A DNA stretch of 64,000 nucleotides. It comes from an uncultured Planctomycetaceae bacterium. Its GTDB lineage: Bacteria; Planctomycetota; Planctomycetia; Planctomycetales; Planctomycetaceae. Below, one piece after another: positions 56,405 through 64,000 of this stretch (position 1 is its first letter; each line of letters begins with the position of its first letter). The stretch lies in assembly GCA_963976765.1 (NCBI GenBank), contig CAXBME010000037.1, positions 1-64,000 of the forward strand, written 5' to 3'. The position numbers and the translations under genes were made by a program. The notes under the pieces were generated by a model, which was given only the letters and a program-made list of their open reading frames with translations, did not search any database and had not been told where the DNA came from.

Positions 56405-57100
56405 ATGTCAGAATCTACCGTCAAAGTGTCGCTCAGCCTGGAGTTGTCGTCTGATGAACTTCGTAAGAATTGGACGGGCGTTTCGAGAAGAGTACCCGGA
56501 CGCAGGATCCGTAGCGGCTCACGCATCTTAATTCTTAATCAACATATCCGTCGGTACTTCGATCGCCTCTGCCGCCATCAGACAACGTGTAGGTTTTCGT
56601 GCTGCCGAGCGAAGGAGAATCGCACCGTCCGTCCATTGTCGGGAATCAACGGCTGTGGCCGTATATCGACTGCCCGCCGCGGAACCGCCGGCCCCTCAAC
56701 ACTGACTGTACTGACGTTGTCCTGCATCAGTTGATGCGGATACGCCGCTATAGTATACATTCAGTATGACCCAGATGCCGCGGTGCTGTCTCAGGCGGCA
56801 GAGAACACAACTTCCAGACGCATGAACTGCGGGACTGGAGTGAGAAACGCCTGGCACGAGAGGCTGTCGGCGACAATCTTATTGAACTTGTACAAGCCAA
56901 GATCGACCAGGCGACCACTGCGGCCTTGTGCGGAGAGATCAGCACTGCCCGAGCAATGATTGATGACGAACTCACTCATCTCTCCAGGACCAGCGACACT
57001 GAGTTACGAGAGAGGCTCCGCCGCCTGCAGCGAAAGCTAAGTGGTTCCCCGGAAGAACAAGCCGTTTCCGAATCTGACCCGGCATACCCGTTCTCCCATA
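56405..57100 (+). pseudogene. Degraded ORF fragments, including a TPR-like helical fragment
   Basis: Short broken frames; the stretch DNLIELVQAKIDQATTAALCGEISTARAMIDDEL lacks a good start. Confidence 0.35.
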
Positions 57101-57170
57101 TCTATCACCTGGGCCGCCTTTTCGTTGATCGGCGATTGGCGGTAGCTGTTTTCAGGTGGGGCCGACCACG

Positions 57171-59438
57171 TCACACCGAAAGTAGCTCATCACGAATCTC
57201 TTTCCAGTCGACTGGTGTCCCTCGACGCAGAGAAATGTAAGCATCAGCTTCGCCAGAAACATCGAGTTCCCGCCAGAGTTCTTCGAGTTCATCCGCAGCG
57301 GTGATACGTTCACTTCGAGTCCCCGGCGAGTTTAGAATCTCCAACAGACTGGCTTCTCTATCCAGAATCGTTGTGCCCACCATGCCTGGAGCACGAACGG
57401 CTCGCAGGCCGATGGCGTCGAGCAGCGTTCGTGATTTGAGCAACTCAGTCCATCGCAGCGCCTCGCCTGCGTCACTTCTCATCAACCACGCCGTTTCCAC
57501 GCCGAAGACATAGACCTGCTCGTGATCTGTGACGAGGCTGAGCCGGGCATCCTGTGCCTCGACGGAGTCGGCTCCGACAAAGCGGGACCGCAGACGATTC
57601 AGGTCTGCCGCAGCTTCTTCAGTCAGTCGCTGTACATGCTTCGAGCCTTCCGATTCGATGGCAACATTCGACGCCGCAGCAGAATCGTCAGTCCAACCGC
57701 GTAAGAGAGCCTGCGCCAGGATATGTCGAATTCGCCACGTCAATTCGCACATGCTCTGCCCGTCAAAATAGTCCAACGCCAATCGAAGAAACTGCGAGGC
57801 CGTCTCGTAAAACTCTGGATGCCCCCGTTTTGCGAATCCGTAGCAGACGGCGCCAAGCATCTCGTCACAAAATGCAATCTGCACTGGTCGTTCGATAACT
57901 GCGTACAGGGATCGTGCCTCACTAAGATTCTGAAAAGCGTCCTCAAAGTTGCCCGCGAGGAATGCCGCGTGACCTCGTGAAAACATTACACCCGCCGCCG
58001 CTTCGCATTCTGCGACGTTCCGGGGAGGGGAGACGGCCTGCAGGGCACGGTCAAAACAATCAAATGACTGCTCGATTTTTGATCCCTCGGGAATTGGAGA
58101 ATCATCAGAAGGCCGGTGCTGGACCATAAGGACGGTCGCGATTCTACGCAGTTTCATCGACATCTCGACGCGATTTCCGGCTGCTTCGTCGATCGCGATC
58201 CCCTGCTCCCACGCATCGATCGCTTGAGTCAGGTTACCTTGAGCTGCCCGTGATTCTCCCAACTGCATCAGTGTCAGGGAAAGACCATCCGCAGGCTGTC
58301 TGTCGCGCCAGATATCGAGAGCCCTGAGACAAAGTTCTTCAGCTTTGTCAGATTGGTTGAGCATGTTGCGGATTACCGCCTGATAGACACAGGCCCACGC
58401 GCGAATGTCTGGTAGCAGTCCACCTGCGACCAATGACTCACACGACGCCAGGGCTCGTGAGTAGTCTCCTGTTCGGAAGGCGTAGTCTCCGCATGCAAAC
58501 GTTGCCGACTCGATCAGGAACAGTGATCCAGTCTGGTTTGCTACAGCCAGAGCTTCGTTACCCCACCGAAATTGAGAGTCGTGATCTCCTCGAACATGCG
58601 ACTGCTGCCCTAGGGTCTGGAGTGATTGAAACTCGCCCTTCAGGTTCTTCGACTCTCGATACCAGCCCAGAGCCTCAAGCAATAGCGATTTTGAGTCGAG
58701 ACCGGATGTGGCAAGAGTCTGCGCTTGTAGCAATCGGACGTTGGCCGCAGTTGTTACGTCGTCACCTTGCAGCGCAATCTCAAGAGCAGACTCGAAGCCT
58801 TCGATAGCCGATTGTGGAGAGTCGTTGAAGTCGAGGTGGCTGAGCAGGGCCAGTGCGTCGGCTTGCGCAGCTGCATCGGAACTCACGTGGGCTTCACGGC
58901 CAATGTTTTGCAGTTCCAGCCTGGCGTCGACCAGACTTTCAGGCACGGCCAGATGTAACCAGCGAGTTTTCCGAAGCCAAGTCTGGAAACCCTCAGGAGT
59001 GAGGCCATGACAGGAAATCGCCTCGTCAAACAGCAAGCCGATCACGTGGACATCTGCGGCAACGCCACGAATCTGAGCATCAAGTGCCATACATTCTGCG
59101 TGGGTCGAAAGTGCCCGTCCGCGGAGCAATCGATAGCCCAATGCCTCGGCCCACCGAGCCGTCTCGGCAGACTCAAGGAGGACGGATGCTGGATCACCCG
59201 ATCGGTGAAACTCAATGAATCTCTTTAGAAGTGAAACTTCCTGCTGCTCGGCGTCGGGTCTGGTGGCGATACGGCAGGATTGAAGCAGGGCCTCGGCGTC
59301 CCGCAGATGAAACCGACGTATCTGCCCTCGCGTTCTTTCAATCAATTCACGAGCTGTCTCGGGGGCTTTCATGGAACGCTCCAACTGAGCTTCATTCATG
59401 TTGTGTCTGTCGCCGAGGTATAAACGTGAAATCGTCAA
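57171..59438 (-). CDS. TPR protein, CHAT-associated N-terminal half with no CHAT domain
   Basis: TPRs; ALRWTELLKSRTLL..AYISLRRGTPVDWKEI then stop; ATGA overlap with the upstream STAND-CHAT gene. Confidence 0.82.
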   Translation of the reverse strand: MTISRLYLGDRHNMNEAQLERSMKAPETARELIERTRGQIRRFHLRDAEALLQSCRIATRPDAEQQEVSLLKRFIEFHRSGDPASVLLESAETARWAEALGYRLLRGRALSTHAECMALDAQIRGVAADVHVIGLLFDEAISCHGLTPEGFQTWLRKTRWLHLAVPESLVDARLELQNIGREAHVSSDAAAQADALALLSHLDFNDSPQSAIEGFESALEIALQGDDVTTAANVRLLQAQTLATSGLDSKSLLLEALGWYRESKNLKGEFQSLQTLGQQSHVRGDHDSQFRWGNEALAVANQTGSLFLIESATFACGDYAFRTGDYSRALASCESLVAGGLLPDIRAWACVYQAVIRNMLNQSDKAEELCLRALDIWRDRQPADGLSLTLMQLGESRAAQGNLTQAIDAWEQGIAIDEAAGNRVEMSMKLRRIATVLMVQHRPSDDSPIPEGSKIEQSFDCFDRALQAVSPPRNVAECEAAAGVMFSRGHAAFLAGNFEDAFQNLSEARSLYAVIERPVQIAFCDEMLGAVCYGFAKRGHPEFYETASQFLRLALDYFDGQSMCELTWRIRHILAQALLRGWTDDSAAASNVAIESEGSKHVQRLTEEAAADLNRLRSRFVGADSVEAQDARLSLVTDHEQVYVFGVETAWLMRSDAGEALRWTELLKSRTLLDAIGLRAVRAPGMVGTTILDREASLLEILNSPGTRSERITAADELEELWRELDVSGEADAYISLRRGTPVDWKEIRDELLSV

Positions 59439-62400
59439 TCATCCTTCAGTATTCTCATGTTTCCAGCTCGGGAATACAGAATCGGATCAACCCAGTCCGC
59501 TTCTTCGTCGGGTTTCTTCAGAGCAGAATAAATGGCCTGACGCGCTCTCACGAAGGCAAGGTCAATCGGAAGATTCTCAACGGCAATGGCTCGATAGAAG
59601 GAACCCGAAAACAGAGTCGCGATATCGTCCCGAACAGGACGTCGGTGAGTGACAACCGCGAGAACTCCGGATCGAACCAGTTCCTCGGCAAATGTTGCTC
59701 GGCCAACGCCGGCTCCGCTACGACAGGCATTGAGAAATGCGAACCGGATCGTGCTGGACGCCTTCAGGATGTCCGCAAGTTGATGAGCCGTGCAATATTC
59801 CATTGTTCCGTCGTCGGCCTCAAAGTACAGGACTCCTTCAGCGCGATCCGTATCAAAGTCTCCGTGGCCAATGAAATGAAATACGTCAAACTCATCGAGA
59901 TTGGATTCCGACAGCGTCTGTCTCGTGGAGATTCCGGGTTGACGGTTGAGTGTCGTGAATTTAACCCGCCCGTCGGCAATCGAGTCGGCAAGATTCGATT
60001 GCAGTGCGTCCAGTTCGCCAGCGATGTTGAGTGTCGGAAGGTCTGCTGGATTGCTGGCCACAACCAGAACTCGAAGTGTCGGCACTTCCGGTAAATCTGC
60101 GGTTTCAACGGGAACGATTGGCTGCCGTACGATTGGAAAGCGGGAATCAATTCCCAGATGACGTTCGTCGTAGACGACGGATTCCCACGGGTACTGAGTG
60201 AGTTCAGGGGCGAGCCGAAGTCGTAACCTCAGCCCATCTTCGTCAATCTGATTGAGACTTTTCTCAAACAGCTGTCTCACTGAACCCTGAAGAATCCGCT
60301 TCCCAATAAGAGTTCCGACTCGTTTGACCGAATAACTTTCGGCGGCGATTTCACCGGCAGCAGCCGACAATTGACGCAGTTGGAAGCTCTTTGGAGCTGA
60401 TTCGAAAACCACGTCAAGTTCTGGCCCAGCGTATTCTTCGAGTGCCTCGGCTCCGTCAAATCCTTTGGCGATGATCGTCAAGGCGCCAGATTGTCCCGTA
60501 ACTGTGATCTCGAAATCACGATAGCTCCGGTCGGCATCAGTGAATTCTCGGTGCAGCAAAATGATTTCATCCGTCGGCAGGCTCTGCCACGATTTCTGAC
60601 GAGCGACTTCTTCGGCAGAGCTGACGGCATGATTCATCCATGTCAGGTGAGGCAGCTCATCGCGAATTCGTTGAAACTCTCTGACAGACTCAGGTGTACC
60701 GAGGTCACGCAGGCGGGAAAAGACGCGGTCACGCAAGAACTGCACGCTTTCCCTTGTCGAAACACCGTGGCAACCTTCTACTTGGTCATCTTCGTCGTGG
60801 GGATACTCCGCGCTCAGCCACAGGTAGAAATCGGCGAGCGATCCGGCCGACAACTGTTGCGTCACCGGATTGTTGTCATCCGGCGAGAGTTCACCGTCGT
60901 AAACATCCGCCAGCAGCTCAACAATCGAACGAGCCTCCTCGGAGTGTTGTTCAAGAATTGGAAACACATCTCGCCAACCACGTTCACCGAAGTGTGAAAT
61001 CAACAACGCCCCCGCATGACAATTGATCTCGTTCCCCCATAGCTCGCCGGTGCTGAGCATCTCTTTGAGCAGATCATAGACAGCGGATCCACGTTGTGCG
61101 GCGATTGCCTTCAAAATGTCAATGATCGATTTCACTTTGAGCAAAGGTTGCCGACGTAACCGATCAACCATTGCTGTCGTCAGTTGTTCATCCCAAAGTC
61201 GGCGAAGACAGTAGAGGCCAGATATCGAGTCTTGTTGTTCATCTTGTTGGCCGACCTTCTGAAGAACTGCATCGATGAACACGTCAGGTGCCTTTTCGTA
61301 ACAAAGCTGCATCACTTCCAGATATTCAGGCTCATCCTGATTCCGCCAGTCTACAAACGTCGCCGCACACGGAGTCCATTTTTCCCAGACGGATAGAGGG
61401 AGAGCATCGAGCCGTTCAGGAGCAAGCTTCCGCAGCAATCGCATGGACCGGAATCCCGCGGCCGTCGGGCGATGAAACTCTGTCGTCCGTAACCAAGTGT
61501 CATTATCCGGCTCCCCGGCCGTCAGCCATCGCTCAGCAGCGTCGAGGCACCTTTCAATCAACGGCTCGTCAAAGGATTTCCACGATTCAAGTGACGTCAG
61601 ATCGGAAATGTACTCCAGCGAGAATTCATACTCGTCGCTATCCTCCCGCAAGGTCATCAAACGCTGCACCTGCCACCAGGCATCCAGGTCACCCTCGTCG
61701 AATTTATCAAGGTATCGTTCAGTCAGCTCTCGTACGGGCGGGTGCTTGATTTTCCGTTCGTCGTCCTTTTTCAGGCGGTGCTCACGCTCCTGATCCTCGT
61801 AGTAGTTCCGTTTCAATTGTGCAGCACGGTCTGACAGCAAGTCGATCGCGTCGGATGTCTCAGCCGATGCGGAGCGAAATATTGCGTTGTCCTCGCGCCG
61901 GGTCAGGAACCGGTCCTTCGTCGAGATGTCAGCGTGATAAATGCCGAAATTCGCAAGGTTCGCCCAGGTGACCCGCTCCCCGTCAGTGGTTGCAGATTCG
62001 AACCCATCCAGAACTCCATCAAGCTCTGATGGATGGAATAGCGATCTGATTTCCCATTTCTCTGAAGCAACAATGGCATTCGTGGCTGCGAACGAAACGA
62101 GCCGATCGAGCAGTCGGAAACGAATTTCAGGACGGTTTCGAATTGGACCAGAGACAAACTTGTGAAAATCCCGTCGACTGGCCAGCTCTTCATTGAAAAC
62201 CCAGTGGCACGCCAGTGAGGCGAGTGCCTCAAAAACCTGAGCCTGTTCACACATCAAGACGGCTCGTTCCAGAATCCCCGTTTCGAGTTCCTCAAATCGT
62301 CGAATGGGATCTTCACGAAGCGGTTGATCCTGCAACCACTTAATGGCCGCGGGCAGGTCTGTGTCTGGAAGTCGTTCGAGCAGTGACTTCCAGAGAAACA

Positions 62401-64000
62401 TCGCGTAGATGCCGAGCAGGTTTTTGTTTTTTGGAATCGTGATGTAACGGAACATCTCCTCGGATGAGAGGTGAATGGGCCAGAGTATTTCCAGTAGCTT
62501 TCCCCGTAATTCATCGTCCTCGTCAGACTCAAGATCGTCCAGAAGAAGACGCAGGTCGGTCCGTCGCTCGTCTGGCACCAGAGTCAGCCAGGCATCAAGA
62601 GCTTTTCGACGAAGTAACGAACTCTCGGTGGTGTCAAACAGCACCGCACGGACCACCTCCTCACACCTTTCCGTGGCGGCACCTTCGACGATGTTAAGTG
62701 CGACCCGCCGTGACTCCAAGGTCCCGGACGCGTCCTCAATCCACGGGACGAGCTGATCACTCAGTCCCGGATGATCGAGAACGTAATATTCACCAGGTCG
62801 AACAAGTCTTGAATTGAATCTGTCGCTTTTGGCGGCACAGAGCAGCGCGTCAACGAGTTGTCGTTTCGACTCGTAATCCGCTGTCACAACCTGACTGCGA
62901 AGAAGCACTTGTGGGTCGAACCGGATGACTCGTCCGAGCAGTCGCCTGTCCATCATCGCGATCCAGGCGGCAGTTTCAGCAAGTTGTGGGACCACTCTCC
63001 CCATCTCGCCGGTAATCTCTTCGGACGAGAAGATCAGTTTCTCGATTTGACGGGGCGTCAACTGTCGTTGTTTCACAAAATCAGCGGCCAGGAATTCCGG
63101 ATACGTCCAGTGGCTCCATAGTCGACGTTCATCCAACAGTGGAGTGAACAGGCCCGAAGTCAGACAACGATTGAGTTGTTCACCATCCACGGAGACATCA
63201 ACTTGCTGAGTCCGTTCGACGCCGCCGACGAGATCATCGGCGCGTACGTCATGAGTCGGATCGATGGATTCGTGGTTATTCCCAATGAAAACGGACGGGT
63301 GTTGTCCAAAGATCGTGACTGCCGCAATGCGACGCGCAACGGAAAGAATCTCGTCCCCATCACCCGGCAGTGACGGGGCAAGAAGGCTTCGACTACTGGC
63401 GGGGTCTTCAACACACAGACTGCGACAGTAATCGCGAAACATTTCAATCTGGTCGCGGTCCAGTCTCCCTTCGCCGCGCCGGAACGCATCGAACAGCATT
63501 TTCAGGCTGTTGGGCCGGATCGCGAAGGGAACCATGCCGCGTTTACAGACCTCATTAACGAAATCTGCCGCTGGGAGTTTCTCGATCGTGGCCGCAGCTT
63601 CCACGTCACGCTTTCGCAAAGGCAGCAGCTCAGCCTTCACGAAATCTTTGTCGCCCCAGAGGTCTCGTAGTCGCTCTGAGAGAAATGGAGGCCACACAGT
63701 TCCGCGACAGGATATCCGCAATCGTAACCGGTCGAGCGGGTAACCACGGTCGAGTTCGTCGATCAGCATCGCGGGGACGGTTCGATGGTGAATCAGGCAT
63801 TCGTCAAGACTGTCAAGCACGATGGTCAGGATTCCGTCGGATTGGACCCACTCATTGAACGTATCCCCGAAAAGCCTGTTCCGTAGTTGATCAACATCGC
63901 TCACTGCCCCGAGATTCACTGCGATGACTTCTCCTGATTCTCGACCAAGGGCCTCAAATATCGGGGTCGTTGTAGTCTTGCCAAGCCCAGGATCACCCAG
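59435..64000 (-). CDS. NACHT-like STAND NTPase with long helical region and C-terminal CHAT protease (5' end outside the window)
   Basis: The open frame at the window edge reads LGDPGLGKT (Walker A); IVLDSLDE (Walker B), ISCR; C-terminal YPWE, FHFIGHG (His), FLNACRSG (Cys). Confidence 0.88.
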   Translation of the reverse strand: MGDPGLGKTTTTPIFEALGRESGEVIAVNLGAVSDVDQLRNRLFGDTFNEWVQSDGILTIVLDSLDECLIHHRTVPAMLIDELDRGYPLDRLRLRISCRGTVWPPFLSERLRDLWGDKDFVKAELLPLRKRDVEAAATIEKLPAADFVNEVCKRGMVPFAIRPNSLKMLFDAFRRGEGRLDRDQIEMFRDYCRSLCVEDPASSRSLLAPSLPGDGDEILSVARRIAAVTIFGQHPSVFIGNNHESIDPTHDVRADDLVGGVERTQQVDVSVDGEQLNRCLTSGLFTPLLDERRLWSHWTYPEFLAADFVKQRQLTPRQIEKLIFSSEEITGEMGRVVPQLAETAAWIAMMDRRLLGRVIRFDPQVLLRSQVVTADYESKRQLVDALLCAAKSDRFNSRLVRPGEYYVLDHPGLSDQLVPWIEDASGTLESRRVALNIVEGAATERCEEVVRAVLFDTTESSLLRRKALDAWLTLVPDERRTDLRLLLDDLESDEDDELRGKLLEILWPIHLSSEEMFRYITIPKNKNLLGIYAMFLWKSLLERLPDTDLPAAIKWLQDQPLREDPIRRFEELETGILERAVLMCEQAQVFEALASLACHWVFNEELASRRDFHKFVSGPIRNRPEIRFRLLDRLVSFAATNAIVASEKWEIRSLFHPSELDGVLDGFESATTDGERVTWANLANFGIYHADISTKDRFLTRREDNAIFRSASAETSDAIDLLSDRAAQLKRNYYEDQEREHRLKKDDERKIKHPPVRELTERYLDKFDEGDLDAWWQVQRLMTLREDSDEYEFSLEYISDLTSLESWKSFDEPLIERCLDAAERWLTAGEPDNDTWLRTTEFHRPTAAGFRSMRLLRKLAPERLDALPLSVWEKWTPCAATFVDWRNQDEPEYLEVMQLCYEKAPDVFIDAVLQKVGQQDEQQDSISGLYCLRRLWDEQLTTAMVDRLRRQPLLKVKSIIDILKAIAAQRGSAVYDLLKEMLSTGELWGNEINCHAGALLISHFGERGWRDVFPILEQHSEEARSIVELLADVYDGELSPDDNNPVTQQLSAGSLADFYLWLSAEYPHDEDDQVEGCHGVSTRESVQFLRDRVFSRLRDLGTPESVREFQRIRDELPHLTWMNHAVSSAEEVARQKSWQSLPTDEIILLHREFTDADRSYRDFEITVTGQSGALTIIAKGFDGAEALEEYAGPELDVVFESAPKSFQLRQLSAAAGEIAAESYSVKRVGTLIGKRILQGSVRQLFEKSLNQIDEDGLRLRLRLAPELTQYPWESVVYDERHLGIDSRFPIVRQPIVPVETADLPEVPTLRVLVVASNPADLPTLNIAGELDALQSNLADSIADGRVKFTTLNRQPGISTRQTLSESNLDEFDVFHFIGHGDFDTDRAEGVLYFEADDGTMEYCTAHQLADILKASSTIRFAFLNACRSGAGVGRATFAEELVRSGVLAVVTHRRPVRDDIATLFSGSFYRAIAVENLPIDLAFVRARQAIYSALKKPDEEADWVDPILYSRAGNMRILKDD

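Overview
Bacterial accessory region; gene content suggests a planctomycete (inference only). It has three parts. (1) 52-5308 and 23000-30418: a glycan-modification cluster of glycosyltransferases, sulfotransferase-like proteins, methyltransferase domains, an NDP-sugar epimerase and an atypical IscU-like gene. (2) 5654-22774, nested inside that cluster: an apparently split Rhs system. One 1917-aa YD-repeat shell gene stops just before the Rhs-associated core. Four separate cartridge genes follow; all start at the same M-x(3-4)-[DN]Y[IV]WHRD[SA]VR point, keep the DP...DPSGL autoprotease motif and carry different Cys-rich payloads. Each is followed by a different membrane or exported partner (small TM, LRR, HEAT, WD40). 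(3) 30587-64000: a dense protease/immune-signalling island with a papain-hydrolase fusion, three caspase-like C14 proteases (one fused to a degenerate STAND-TPR region), four CHAT proteases (one on a NACHT-like STAND NTPase running off the window end), two HExxH peptidases (one Lit/U49-like), and two TPR proteins that end at the homologous point where a stand-alone CHAT gene begins. An internally deleted, ORF-less group II intron lies at 32815-33600. All assignments are by motif reading; no searches were run.
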